DNA from: Schmidtea polychroa | Taxonomy: Eukaryota | Length of the DNA stretch: 64,000 nt | Assembly: GCA_044892525.1 (NCBI GenBank) | Contig: CM097887.1 | Coordinates: forward strand, 56,296,001 to 56,360,000 | Direction: 5' to 3' | Shown: positions 24,897-39,281 of the stretch, piece by piece | How positions within the stretch are numbered: the first letter of the stretch is position 1 | How the letters are laid out: each line of letters begins with the position of its first letter | Program-made: the position numbers and the translations under genes | Notes under the pieces: generated by a model | What the model saw: the letters and a program-made list of their open reading frames with translations, nothing else | The model's database searches: none | Told to the model about the DNA's origin: nothing

Positions 24897-27238
24897 GAGA
24901 ATATAATTACTAAAACTAGATATTAAAAATTTTATATATACTTAACTATAAATTTATACTAATTACATAAGTTTAATATATCTAAAATTAATGATTCAGA
25001 ATTTAAATTAAATAAAAATGACTTGTTCAAAATTTCATTACAAAACAAAGGTACATAAAAATATTTTTTTTAAAAAGTGCATTTTCAATTATTTAAAGTG
25101 ACGTGCAGAAACAATATAGTTGAATTTTTAATATGATTATTGCCCATTTTTGTTTCTTGCTTCTAAAGAATTTAANNNNNNNNNNNNNNNNNNNNNNNNN
25201 NNNNNNNNNNNNNNNNNNNNNNNNNNNNNNNNNNNNNNNNNNNNNNNNNNNNNNNNNNNNNNNNNNNNNNNNNNNNNNNNNNNNNNNNNNNNNNNNNNNN
25301 NNNAAGTAAAAACTAGGTGCAAAACGAATCTGAGCTTTTTAATATAGGTTATATTATCTTAAGTTGAACAATAAAACACAAAATAAAATAAGTGGACACA
25401 AAATTAGTAGAAAATTAAATTCATTTTTAAAAGAATGAAGTAAACATGAAATTGTATGCATTTATTAAGAAACAAAGTGAAAGAATTAAGTAGAATAAAT
25501 TATTAATATAGATTGAATTCAAAAATTTTAACAACTGATTAGCGAACCAGCCGAATCCAACCAATTTAACCCATTTAAAATGATGTTAAACATCAAAATG
25601 TAGAAATATTTTATATAATTCGGTAGGATATTTTTGTATTCTGTCAATATAATTCAGATGGATTTACTTGATATAAGAGCAGGAAACCCTATAGCAGATC
25701 GTCTCAAGTAAGTTGACTAAACGAATCTGGTATTACTCTAAAAATGTCTTTTTCTATCATTTTCTTTTCCACTTTAATCTTTGTTTCCTCACTCTTTTCA
25801 CTTAACTTATGGTATTTAACCAGAATAACAATTTTCTTGAGTCGAGAGCTCTGATCCTGTTAATTGAGCAGGATCTATCACGTCCTCGGCATCATTTGCC
25901 TCATCATTTACATAATTTTCCATTGACAAATATGAGAGAAAGTTTTTCTTGTTCGTTCCAGAATTATTATATGAATATCTCAAGAACTGAAAACATAATA
26001 ACAGTGACAAAATTTCTAAATGCGTTTGACGCTCACCGTTGTATTTATGCATGCAACAAGAACAACAATATTTGTTGTTATCACTAAGAATTAACTTTTT
26101 TCAACTCAATTAATTAATAACTTATCAGCAGGTGCTCTTACAGGTTCACGGACTGTCGATAGAAGGCCTGTGTCCAAATTTTATTTAGGTCCCTTTTCCA
26201 ATGATCCCTTGTACCTATGTTTCGGCTCGTATTATGATATCGCCGTTTAATCAACGAAAATTTAAAAATATCACTGCTTAATTTATGAAAATAACTGTCT
26301 AAATACATGAACGGATTTATTAAAAGGAAACCCAGGTTATTCACATTTGTCATTGCTTTTCCTTGGTTGCAACCAGTTTTCGGAGCATCTTAAGCCGTGC
26401 TCATTCAACTTTTCTATGGCGTTTCTTTTCTGGATCAAGGGTCGCAGTTTGAAAATATCGAGCATTTTGGTCGTCACTGGCCGAATTTGTTTAGTCAGTT
26501 CCCGATTGACAATCTTCAAATTTACCTGTGTCTCCATCTGTCAGACTTGTAGCCTGAGCGCTCTTGTGCTGCAGTTGTTGAATTAGCTTCAGACGCTTCT
26601 GCATTTCGATGGGACTAAACCAAGTGCTCTCTACCTCCCGGCACCGTCCTCTGAATTTAATGAGTCGACGTTGCAACTCCGTTACTTATTTCAAGGCGGT
26701 TTTCTTATGGGACTGCAAATTCTCCATTAATTGGATCATTGAAAAGGAAGACAAAACTTTAATTCGTAACGGTATACATCTATCTTGATTAATTCTAAAA
26801 TATAAGGCGTCATATTCCTGATAACTCATCTGTTCCTATTGTTCCCTATCACTGACGGCACCTTAGTCTGACTCTCTTTTCTATTATTATCCAAATCGAG
26901 CCCAACCGTAACGGAGTCCGAATGTTAATTGGCGCTCCGCATTGCCCTGTTTTATTAGGATTTCTGTGCCTGGCACCATCATACCTCAGTCATTCAATGC
27001 CTCACTCGTTCACATCCTTTCCATACACAGACATACACCTCAACATACATTATACACATCAAAGAACCAGAATCTACTACTAATGCTTTTATTAGACGAT
27101 AAAATTCATTATTATTAATAAATCTTTTACAAGAAAATAACTACATCCAATACAGTCACCACAAATATAATATCAGTAACTGAAATCATATCCGGTCTGT
27201 TGTTTTTGTGGGCACCCAGGCTTCTTGGGCGGCTCCTC

Positions 27239-27735
27239 TTAGGTCCACGCGACCGAATTGGGTGTTGCGATGCTGCGCTTCTGGAGCTCCGCCAACTCCC
27301 ATCGCCACTCCTTGTCATGGGAACTCAGGAATTCCCCATCTGTTGTGACAATTAGGTCATTTTCAATGTCACGCTCCACTCGCCGTAGTTTCACGATGGC
27401 CAGATGAACCTCGTTCACCGCCTGTGTTATCGCTTGGTGAGCCGAGTTCAAGGTTGGCTTCCGTTTGAGCACAACCATCGGTTTGATCTCTGCTGCGGGG
27501 TCACGGTCTGGATTCCAACTCTGCGTTGGCTCCATTCGGAACCCGTAATTCCAGGCATGGAACCATGTTTACAGCGCTTCTTTTTGCGGGAATGTAGCCC
27601 TTTGTCGATTGGCTGGTTTCACGTCTTGTTGATTATCCCTTCGTTTCACCTGTAACGCTCGATACTGGCCTGCGGATGACGTTTCAGCTTCCTCCTCCAC
27701 ATGGGTGGGATCTTGTTTTTCCTTCTTCGGCATAT
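27239..27735 (-). pseudogene. Antisense ORF upstream of the second Gypsy (one in-frame stop); unknown
   Basis: MPKKEKQD... continues in frame through one TAA into the track ORF 27239-27535 (coiled-coil-like). GC-richer than the flanks. Confidence 0.4.
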
Positions 27736-27973
27736 TCTGAACAAATCCAGGTAAAAAAAACTTTAACCTCTATTTGTATGTTTAAAAATAAAATTCATAA
27801 TGCCTAGTGATTATGTCTCATTTAGTTAATTCTATCAGTGATGTTCAATAATTTTTGTTTATTAATTATAGTTGGTTTAATAATAGAAAGGACACGTTGG
27901 ATTATTTAAATATTTAAATAAACTTTATATGTTATTTGTTATTTGTTATTATGATTTGTGAAGAAATTGTAAC

Positions 27974-30900
27974 TGGCGACCACGCCGAGAAAATCGAGCC
28001 GATTCATATAGTGACAAGAAATCAGCATAGAAAGATGGTTATGGAATCTTTACCCAATCAGTCAAAAGACATTTTAAACTTTAATGTCAGAAAATTCGAG
28101 GGCCGAAGTACGATAGAAGCAAGGAAATGGATCAAGGATATTGAAGATTGGATGATCCTTAATGATCTAAATTTAGTAAGTATTTTTGATTTGCTATTGT
28201 CTGAAGAGAAAAAGAATTTAAAGACATCTCTACAACAAATGAAAAAGCTCTTGAATGGTTTAATGACACATTTACAAAATAGAAGTCCATTATGGATAAG
28301 ATTTGTGACTTATCATTAGTGAAACAAAATCATGATGAAAGATTCGTAACATTCAACATACGAGTGAAGAAATTTGTTGACGAGGTTTTCGACTGTTGCA
28401 TTTCAAAAGAGAATATTGTTGAAATGATTTTGTGCAACAGAGTTCGGAATGAACGCTTGAAAAAAAATATATCAACGAAGCCAACATCACTGGAGAAGAA
28501 ATCAGAAATTTAGCAAAGGTACATGAAGCACGAGAAGGTTATGATGCAAAAGAACGATTGGAAGAAGTTCAGGCAGTAGCTAAATCAACATATGCAAACG
28601 TCTCTTAAGATAAAGAGATGCAGTGGACTCAAAAATCATCTTTTGATAACAGAATATATTCAAGTCGTCAACCAGAAAAAAGTAATTAATATAGAAATGA
28701 AAGAAACAAAAGACAAATTGATAAAGTGAAACCTGTGGCAGAACAATATAATGAAAGAACAACTAAGGATCGTAGACCACCACCGTTAGCTTCAATGAAA
28801 CATACCGTGAGAAAGGTTTATAATAGACGTTGTGGTTTACCTGAGCCAGCAGAAGAAATAATAATGTTGAGAGAAAAAAATTATAGAAGACCCCCTTGTT
28901 TACATTTCGTCAGTAGGGTCGAGACTGTAGATGAGCATAAAAAACGAAATGTTGTAACGAAGGATGTGATGTTTAAGAAGGATGATGATAGGAAGTGGAG
29001 TGCGATGGAAATAAATGAATTTTGTGTGTTGAAATGCTGTGGGATTCAGGACCTTCAACCAGTATGATGAGTGAAAAATGTTAGAGATTGATTGGCAGTC
29101 CAACATTGATGGAAAGCAGAGTACAGTTGAGTGGAGTATTTTCAAAAGAAGACGAGAAACCTTTCGGAAGTGTAAATATCGTTGTCAGAAAAATTTTATT
29201 GTCAGAAAAATTCATCCAGATTTCATAGGAGGGGCAGACACCATGAGAATATTTGGCATGGAGCTTAAAGAAGTCAATAATATTGATGCCGCATCGGTTA
29301 CTAAGACCAAACACATGAATTAGAGATGCCGGTTTGAAAGTTAATCCTGAGAAATGCGCGTTCTATAAAAGCGTATTAAATTTCATTGGCCATACAGTGA
29401 GTGAAAATGGAATTCAAACAAATAAAACAAAGATTTCAGAAATTGAAAATGCAACCGAACCAAAAAGTGTCAGAGAATTGAGATCATTCTTAAGTTTAAC
29501 GAATTATTATTGACGGTTTATTAAGAATTATTCAATGATTGCAGCATCTTTGTATGTAGCAACAACAGGTAATGATAAAATGATTATTTGAACTGAATAA
29601 TGTAGAAAAAGTTTTATCAATTTTAAAAAACATTTGTGTGAAGCACCAATATTAGAATTTCCAAGGACAGATCAACTATTTATTGTTGATACGGATGCTA
29701 GTTTTTGTGCCATAGGTGCTGTTTTATTTAGGTTAAGGAAGACGGTACTGAAGGAGTTATAGCATATAGTTCAAGACATTTGGCAACACATGAAATGAGA
29801 TATTGTGTTACTAGAAAAGAATTGTTGACACTCTACGAGTTTATTGTACATTTATATATGGAAGAAGATTTGTAGCCAGAACAGATCACAAGGCATTAGT
29901 GTTTATGAACACGAAAAAGAAACCAATAAGCCCACAGTTTCAGACATGGATGGCAAATTTATCTGAATACGATTTTGAGTAACAATATAGGAAGGGAGAA
30001 GAACATGGAAATGCAGATGGTATGTCTCGTTTAAATAATACGTTATGCGGTCATTGCCAAATAAAACAGAAGGACGAAAAAAAAACAAACTGCAGAACTC
30101 GGTACATAAATAGTCTAAAAGGAAGTTCAAACATTATGGAAATTATTAAACAGAAGCAAAACGAAGACAAAATTATTTCAGAAATCATATCATATATTAA
30201 TGGAAATGATGCTCATATATCTTATGAAACAATCAGTAGTAGTATTTTCAAGTATTTAAAAATATTACAGATACAAGACGACGTATTGATGATTAATACA
30301 GATGGGAAAATTGCAGTTGTAGTACCCGACAGGTACGTAAAAACATTGGTAAATTATTTTCATATTGAACTATGCCATCTGGGCATTAAGAAGACCTTAT
30401 GTTATTTAAAAGATTTTTTCTTTTGGCCATCCATGAATCAGAGTATTACTGAATGTATTAATAAATACAAGATCTGTGCTAGTAGAAAGATTGATCAAGG
30501 AAGAACAAAGGAAATCCTATTGCCAATAACAGGAGAATGGTTTTTAGAACAGATAGTAGTGGATATTGCATATATGGAAACAAAAGCAAGTAAGAAATAT
30601 ATGATAGTGATAATAGATCGTTAGGTTAGGTCAGCAACAGGTACACAGGATGAATCAACGATTTTGAATGTCATTCTGAATAATTGGTTATATCGGTTTG
30701 GTAGACCAGAAAGCATTCTTACAGATAGACGAAGAATTTTTGAAAGATCAATGTTTCGTGATTGGATGAAAAAATTTGGCATAAAACAAAAATTTAGTTC
30801 ACCATACCAACATCAATCAAATAGTTTAGCTGAACGAATAATAAGAACAGTTCGCGACATGCTGGCAACATCATTGACAGATATTGGAACAGTGAATAAT

Positions 30901-31240
30901 TGGTGCAAATTGTTTCAAAAGATTGGATTTAGTTTGAATGCTACAGTACAAAACTAGACAAAATTTTCACCTTTTGAAATTGTATATGGTCGGAAGATTA
31001 ATTTGTATTCTAGATTAGGACACATACAAAAAAGCAAAGAAGAAATTGTAGATAAATCAAAAACAAATTTAGAGAAAGCAGCGACAACAATGAAAAATAA
31101 AGATATAGACCAGCGAGGTACTAGAGTGTTCATGGTGGGAGAGGAAGTATTAGTTCGTTTGGAAAGGCATAGACGAAAGAAGAAGGGAATTCAACATGAG
31201 GGACCTTACAAAATTTTACAATTCTTATCACCAAGATAAG
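27974..31240 (+). mobile_element. Degenerate Gypsy/Ty3 internal region (PBS, gag, partial RT, RNase H, integrase)
   Basis: PBS TGGCGACCACGCCG and a gag-like start at 28035. RNase H fragments DTDASF, YCVTRKEL, RTDHKAL and HGNADGMSR. Integrase HIELCHLG...WPSM, ILTD, SNSLAER. Many stops and frameshifts; no LTR pair seen. Confidence 0.85.
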
Positions 31241-31264
31241 TTGAATTACAATTTCCAAACTCAG

Positions 31265-32140
31265 CTGGTGATTACTAATCAAGAAATTGGGACATAGTTT
31301 TAACTATTTCAGCTTTTTAATTCTTTCTTCTACATTCATCTTTCTAAACTCTGGACAAGACCACAAGTCATGGCTATCAGCATATAGAACGCATTTCCAA
31401 GTTTTCAATTTTTTATGTTGTCCTTGAAGATTTCGCCAATTCTCTTTGAAGTGGTTTCCACCGCAATTAAAACATTAGTGCCTTAGACCTATGTTGTGAA
31501 TTTGAAGATCTTTTTGGATTCTTCTCATATTGACCTTTATAAAAATCTGTGCCTTGTTTGATTTCTGATATTAAATTAGCACTCTGAAATATTTTTGCAA
31601 CAAACATTGTAAATTATTGACTTTGTCTTCTCTATTTCCTCTGTAATTCTTTGATGCAATCATTCATTCATCAAACATTGATTCTGTCATTTTCAAAATT
31701 AATTTTTCATAAATTAACCCATGATCCATTTCAGCACATTATCTACGCGTCTTCTAGCTGGACAATCAACGTTCCTATTAAACTAACTAGTAATTTTAAA
31801 TCTCATTTTTCCAGATTTAATTGATCTGAATGCTTTGAAATAATGAAAAAGGTTTCTGTCCACCTGCTCTATATCACTATCATTTAACTCTAAATGTTCA
31901 AGTGAAGCTTCATATGCTTTAGGTGAGTGGCAAAGATTCTCGATCAATTTTAAAGTCTCTACTACCATATGTTGCCGACGATGTTTGCAACTTCTCTTTC
32001 TTTAATCCTTAAGCTTTCTTTTCGAATTTCAAAGAGGTACATTCTTTCAAACTCCCTGAAAACATAGGTATTGTTAGTTTTCATATTTTTTCTTAGGTTG
32101 GAATATATTACGTTTAATTTTTCATGGATGAGGCTTATGA
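31265..32140 (-). pseudogene. BEL/Pao gag relic
   Basis: Minus-strand KCVLYADSHDLWSCPEFRKMNVEERIKK matches the Pao gag zinc-knuckle region. The upstream helical fragments are decayed. Confidence 0.5.
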
Positions 32141-33276
32141 TCATTATTANNNNNNNNNNNNNNNNNNNNNNNNNNNNNNNNNNNNNNNNNNNNNNNNNNN
32201 NNNNNNNNNNNNNNNNNNNNNNNNNNNNNNNNNNNNNNNNNNNNNNNNNNNNNNNNNNNNNNNNNNNNNNNNNNNNNNNNNNNNNNNNNNNNNNNNNNNN
32301 NNNNNNNNNNNNNNNNNNAATAACTATAGTTCATTTTATTTTGTGTATTTTATATCGATTTGCATAATATAATTTTATTTATTACTTCCATGACGAAATA
32401 GTTTTTTTTAAATAATTTGGGATAAATAAAATGATATTTTATCAAATGAATTATATTTTGATTTTACTTAATCTTTTCAAAATGAAAATAAAATAATTGC
32501 CAGTGAATAAATTTTAGAATTATCGCATTTTCATAATATTTAAAATTATTATGCATAAATGATATTTTTAATTATAAATTTTCATTAATTCTCTAATTTT
32601 TCCTATGATCATAAACTTTCATTATGATGATAATGTATTTGAATTATGAGAAATTCCGGAAAACTGACTACAAATTTTTGACAGATTCTTATTATTGGAT
32701 AAAAATAAATGAATATAAATACCTAAAAAGAGAGGTCATTTTCATTAAAATGATTGAAATATTTTTTATGATTTTTGTTTTCAATTTAATTAATAATTCT
32801 ACTGCCCATTCCGAACAAGATTTATGCATGCCACTGATACTTAAAAAGGTTATAGAGTCAATAAAGAATGAGGGTCTCAATGGTAAAAATTTTTATTACA
32901 TTTAAACAAAAATTCAATGAAGTATTTATTAACTTTAAACAATTTTGTAAGTTTTTGGAATCAAATTGAAAAAGAAATACTATGGAGTCCAATGGAACCC
33001 ATCATAATACGGTCAATGTGTTCCAAAAAATGTTATCACTACCAAAAGAAGGTTGTTCTATTCTAGAAAACATTTGTTAGTTAAACCTGGGAAACTATTA
33101 CTGATCTCCATGTTTTACTTAAATTGAATAATCTGAAATATTGGTATCCATTTTTATAAATTTTAAAACAATTAACAAAGTTTTCAGAATTAAATAGGAG
33201 CGAAATTTCAATTTTTTATTTTATTTTATTTTTTATTTTATTGTTCAATGTTTCAGAGATTCCTTTCACCTCATCA

Positions 33277-33513
33277 CAGTGGCGGAATTTCAAATTTCGG
33301 GCCCCCGCGCAATGTAAAATATTTCCACTTAAATTTTCCGGTTAAAGTTTAATACATAGTTATTCACAGCAGCCGCTATTCAATGATAGTTTTATGTTTT
33401 TAGGCAAATATAACTGCGGGAAAAAATTTCAGAAAATGATTGTAAATATTTTTTAGTAATAATTTTGGGCCCCCGCAACGCAGGGTCCTGCGTCCACTGC
33501 GTCCACGCCACTG
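33277..33513. mobile_element. hAT MITE (237 bp)
   Basis: CAGTGGCG/CGCCACTG TIR, exact 8-bp TSD CCTCATCA (33269-33276, 33514-33521) and GGGCCCCC subterminal motifs. Confidence 0.85.
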
Positions 33514-34567
33514 CCTCATCATTCAAAATTATATGATTAACATTTCATTGACCACATTTAATATTACAATAAAAGTTTTAATAAATCGGGNNNNNNNNNN
33601 NNNNNNNNNNNNNNNNNNNNNNNNNNNNNNNNNNNNNNNNNNNNNNNNNNNNNNNNNNNNNNNNNNNNNNNNNNNNNNNNNNNNNNNNNNNNNNNNNNNN
33701 NNNNNNNNNNNNNNNNNNNNNNNNNNNNNNNNNNNNNNNNNNNNNNNNNNNNNNNNNNNNNNNNNNNNNNNNNNNNNNNNNNNNNNNNNAAACTTAGTTA
33801 CTCGATTACTCCCTCTAAGTTAATAATATATAAATTTTTCGAAAAAAACTCAAAACTTAATGACAAGATTCTTTTANNNNNNNNNNNNNNNNNNNNNNNN
33901 NNNNNNNNNNNNNNNNNNNNNNNNNNNNNNNNNNNNNNNNNNNNNNNNNNNNNNNNNNNNNNNNNNNNNNNNNNNNNNNNNNNNNNNNNNNNNNNNNNNN
34001 NNNNNNNNNNNNNNNNNNNNNNNNNNNNNNNNNNNNNNNNNNNNNNNNNNNNNNNNNNNNNNNNNNNNNNNNNNNNNNNNNNNNNNNNNNNNNNNNNNNN
34101 NNNNNNNATTTTAATAAGTATGGAAATATTAATGTTTGCGTCATTTTCTCTACATTTCATATGCATTTACCCGTCGTTATTAATTATTTTTACACGGAAT
34201 TTGAACCATCATAGTATTTTGATCAATTTTTCTAAAGTATAAAACATTAAAATATAAAAATTTTACATTAAATATCTCGTTATAAATATTTTTTTCTGTT
34301 TGAAATTAGGTTTTATTTTGACAGTGATATCAGATAATTATACAAATGTTTTACTGTATATAAAATTTCGCATAAATTCTCCGGAGTCGTAAATAAATAT
34401 TAAAAACTTTTGCTTATTAAAAATTTGCGAAATAAAATGAACAAACATGACATTAGTAATAAAATATAATTAATAATTTTTTGTATCTATATTGGAAGTC
34501 ATGATTATTTATTTTGAAAATGAAAAAATAGAACTGACCCAAATTAATTTTTAATTTTTATTCTCTA

Positions 34568-35690
34568 CAGTCAAACCTCATTAATCCGAAAAATTAGAAA
34601 TCGATTTCCTTTGGGATTGTGAAATTATTCGGATAATGAAGGAATTTAAAATCTATATGATCACCAGATTAATGATGAAATTATTAAGAAAAAGACAAAA
34701 AAAATTATTTATTTAAAAAATCATCTAAAGTTTTTTGTAGTTTTCTTTTGAATGAATTGCTGTAAATCATCTTTGACTTCTTTTAAATTTTTTTACTGTA
34801 TCATTGGTTATTTTTTGAGTAGAGCTGTTTGAAGAAGAACTTGCTTTGATGACAATTTCAATTGCATGGAATAAATTGCTTGGACTTATGCTGTAACTGT
34901 AATCAACCTGACCATCTTCAGCACTAAGTACAATATCTATAACAGTGTATTCTTCTTGACACAGTGCAATGATTCCATCATCATCAATGACTTCTTCCCT
35001 TTGAATCATATCCTCTTAATCCATTATTTGGTCAAGCTCATTCTTGTATATTGCAACATTAAATCCAACCATTTTTTTGTATGGGCTGAAACATCAACAT
35101 CAATCATTGAATTTGCTTCTCCATGGAGAACTTTCAACTTCAGATTAAATCGATTTTTGAATCTATTAAGCCATCCTTTGTGGGTCACCATTATTTAGTT
35201 TTTGTCCAAAATTCCTTTGCTTTTGTAAAGATAATTTCATCAGTCACGTAACCATTCATCACATCCGTTCGAGATATCCATTCGATCAATGCATTCTCAA
35301 GCAGAGAATGAATTTTTGAAGATTCTCCGGAGTAAGTGTTTGAGCTTTCACAATTTTCCCATCTCTCTTTATTTTGCAAAATTTCTGTTAACATAGAAAT
35401 TACTAGGTCCAGGTTTAATTCTCTTCTGATAATTTGAGACAATTCACTCAGCAACATTTTCTTCGACTCCTTTATAGCACAAATGTTTGGCTTTTGACGA
35501 ATTTTAATTTCTGTTCGTTTTCTAGCCATATGGATATTTAATTTAAATATATTAAAATTGTAAACAGGTTTAATATATAAACAACATTAATCCGAAACTT
35601 TTAAAAATTATTAGAAATTTAATTCAAAAAAGAGATCTCCGATTGCGGATCATGAAGTTTCGGATTAATGAATCAAATTTGTCTGGAAAC
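34568..35690 (-). mobile_element. Internally deleted Tigger/Jerky-like pogo element
   Basis: 35191-35529 encodes a CENP-B-type bipartite HTH (LENALIEW...VTDEIIFTKAKEF). End TA|CAGTCAAACCTCATTAATCCGAA, with degenerate complement TTCGGATTAATGA at about 35660. Confidence 0.7.
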
Positions 35691-36299
35691 GTTCGAAAAT
35701 TGAAGAAATAAATAAATTAAAAAATAATAAAAGAAAAAAGAAACTAAACACTTTTTTTATACTTTTAAACAAATCATATATGAAATTAAAATAAAATACC
35801 TTTAATTTATAAATTAATATTATTAAATGAAATATTAACACTAATAAATGAGAAACCCTATATTACATTAAAGCATTTGAGCGTAAATTGACGCTTAGTA
35901 TATCTTTTCAAAATGACTCCAGCAGCGTAATGGTTTAACCTTTAACTGAAAGATTTGGAAAAATGATATGAAAATATTGTTATTGATAAAGACAGTCCTT
36001 AAAATTTGTGTTACGTTGGTAAATTATATTATGATCTAGTCTTATTGAAAATAAATAAAATTTTAAGATTATTTCCTAATTTAATGTCATAAATTAATTG
36101 AAATTTATATTCAGTTAAAACAGCACTAAACCTTATAAAGGTGCATCAACCCAAGCACTTTTTATACTTAGCAAAACTTAATGAACAATATCAGCTATGC
36201 TTGAAACAATATGAAACCTCCTACTTTTGATGTGGATTTTCGTTTAATAATATCCAATAAATATTAAATTCTTTTGATATATTTTATTTATTTGCAAAA

Positions 36300-37800
36300 G
36301 AATATCGAGTTTCGTGCGGGTTTTCTGAGCAATTCTTGTTTTGTTATTATTATAATATGACCGGAACCCTTTGAGAAATACAGGGATTTCGTTACTTAAT
36401 AGTTTGGATCACTGAAATTCGAAAAGTTTTTAATTTTAACATTTACTGAAGCTTTATTTCTAATTCTAAATGAAATGGAATCAAAAAGATTACTATAAAA
36501 ATGATAACAATAAATGAAATGCCACCCTGAAAATTCACTAGGCAAATCAACAACATATTTTAATAAATTCATTACAAGATCTCTTGATTCTCTGGATGAA
36601 ATTTTTACAAAACCTCGATAACCCTGGACCATATAAAACTGTCTAGGATACCTAAATGATAAATAACATAATAAATAAATAAATTACCTGGGGGAAGATC
36701 GCCATGAAAACGGGACGATCTATGGGAACTCAGAAAAGAAAACGTAAGTAAAAAGAAATTAAAAATTAGAAAGATAAATCAAATAAAAGGAAACAAACAA
36801 GAAATTAAAACAAAGGTCATTGTTAATTAAGAAGTACAAATGAAGGTGGAACTTCGAATTCCAGAAAAACAAAATAGGGGAAAAAGCCGTATATTGACAG
36901 CTCGTCAAAGATAGCGAAATTGTCGGGAGAAGGCGGCTTAACAAAAAAGGAAAATGGAAAAATATCTTGATATCTGTCAGAGATAAGGCTGACTAGAGGA
37001 AAAGGAAAATGGAAAACAGAATCTGTCGCCAGTACCACAAATGAAACAGACTATATGAAGCAGAACAGTTGATCGAGAAATCAGAACAAAAATAGAACGA
37101 AATTAGAAACAAAAGTGGAACAAAATTAGAAGCAAAACCGAGAAAACGAGATAAGAAAACGAGAGTGAAAAGGAGAATTAACGTTTGAGAGTTAAAAAGA
37201 AAATCAAAGGGAGAATTAAACAGAGTTCAGAACAAAATGAAACGAGAAATGACGAGAATCTTTTGTAAAATTGAATATAACGTGGAAGTGGAGTAAATAA
37301 ATTAGTTGACGACTAGTGATTATTGTTGTGGTTACAGAAAGGGCTATTCTTCACGTAGTGTCGAAACAAGCTCTGTATGATAAATTGGTTTATAGTTAAT
37401 TGGGTGTAATTGAAATTTGTACAATCCAGTGTGAATATTAATAAAGCTTATCGTGTTCGAGAGTGTTAAATTGTTTCACCAACCCAATAACCCAATAGAA
37501 GTTTCTCAGGGACACATTTATAATGGCAGATTATAAATTTGAAACTTTACCTTTGTAAATATCAAGCTCAGCCTTTTACGTTGTTCAATTAATCCATTTT
37601 TAGCATTTTCTTGAGGAACGCCTATTATTTCATAATGATTTATTTTTTGAATGTCTGCCATTTGTTCACTTTCGCAAAGTTTTAATCGCTAACTCCACTA
37701 ACCATGCAAATGGGCAACTCTGTCATACAACACACCACTTGAAAAGTCACAAAGTTAGGCCGATTCCCCTATTTGAAAGGCGTTTTTATCATTATTTTTT
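36300..37800 (-). pseudogene. Possible piggyBac transposase relic split by a solo LTR
   Basis: Scattered minus-strand fragments in piggyBac order: KTPFK*G...LCDFSSGVLY, KAELDIYKGK, and VMNLL...GWHFIYCYHFYS. Confidence 0.4.
36640..37497 (+). mobile_element. Solo LTR (family S), older copy
   Basis: TGTCTAGGATACC...CCCAATA. Shares blocks with the other copies (GGGGGAAGATCG, GGGCTATTCTTCACGTAGTGTCG). TATA-like at about 37272 and AATAAA at about 37440. TSD not matched. Confidence 0.7.
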
Positions 37801-39281
37801 TTAGAATTATCGTTGGAGTTATATTGCGCCAGTAGGCCATGTCCATTGCACTTTTTTATATACATACTGCAACGCTTATGATTGTATGAAAATTACTTTC
37901 AATTATTTCATTTTCTAGTAGTCAGTACCCAAATCTGAATACAATATTGTTGGGGTTCTTAAATTTAAAATTTCCAAATAATTAAAAAAGGAATATAGAA
38001 ATTTCAAAATCAAGAAATCATCGAAATAAAATTTGAAAAACGGGTCAGGTGTAAATGAGATGATGGGAAAGATCATAGTGAGAATGGATTCATCAGAATA
38101 TGTTCAGAAAGAATCAAAATGGAAGAAAGCGTACAAAAACAGAACCTCATTAATTAATTAACTAATTGAGGTAAACCCAAGTTAAGTAAACAGAAAGAAT
38201 TGTAAACAAAGTGGAAAACCATTATCATGACAACATGTAATTGGATAACAAGAAAAAGGTTATCTCGCAAGAGAGACGCACGGTGGGCCAATTAATTATT
38301 TCTTTCGAAGGAGAAATGATGAAAAAAGCCGCGAGGCAAAGCTTGTTATAGGGAGACGATCTAGTTGAAACGCCATTAATCAATGCGATTATTTCAACTA
38401 CATAAAGGAGCTCAAACTCAGAAAAAATCGGCATTTTACCACAGGTAGGGACGTATAAATGAGGTTGGTTTTCAATGTACCATATTCGGTTTACACGAAA
38501 ATTGTTTATTCCATCTACCCTGAAAGTTATAATGTAATCATTGACATTCGAGTTTGATGAACCATTTTTATATTCTTTCAAGCTGATTAGTTCATCTTTA
38601 TGTGGACATACTATTGAGAAGCGAGATTACTACCTGAAATTAAATTAAACAATTAAATCAAACAAGTCTTCGTATATACTAACATGTCTCTCAACTCAAC
38701 CATTTCTAAATCAGGTATGATTTTTCCAATAAATACGGTATTAGAATTTGTTAGGACTTAAAAATTTGATCATTTTCCCATTTTATTGTCATATTAATAC
38801 CCGCTATCATTGCTTACAATTATACTAAATTGATGTGAGAATCATTTCCTTGTTAGGGCAATCACATAGAATTCTCAACACTGTGTCATTAATCCCCAAT
38901 CATACTCATATCCCAATACAGCAAGTGTCGTAGGAAATCTCTGCTGAACCACTTTAGTAGCTTGTTATCAGATAAGTTTTCTCAACCTCATGTTTTACCT
39001 GAGTAGGGAAATGTCAGCCTTGAAAATTAGAGGTTCAAACTAATGTGTTATAGTAGTAACTACTGATCTCTGAAATTCAATACCAGACCAATGGAAAGAC
39101 CCACATGTCCATCGGGTGTGGCAAGAAGAGGAACTAGACATGCATGATGTCTAGAGCCGTAAAGACGATATAGCACATCAAAAATAGAACCCATGATTTT
39201 TTGAGACTGTTACTATGATCTAAATTCTTAGCTAACTGGTTGTGTAATTTATCAATATTTTGATCGTTTAAAAATTACCTC

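Noticed and set aside
25600-26090. Possible small spliced host gene (a similar candidate lies at 32740-33060)
   Set aside because: Splice sites are plausible but there is no homology or coherent model.
37900-39280. ORF 38225-38581 and neighbouring broken frames
   Set aside because: No recognisable domain or consistent exon structure.
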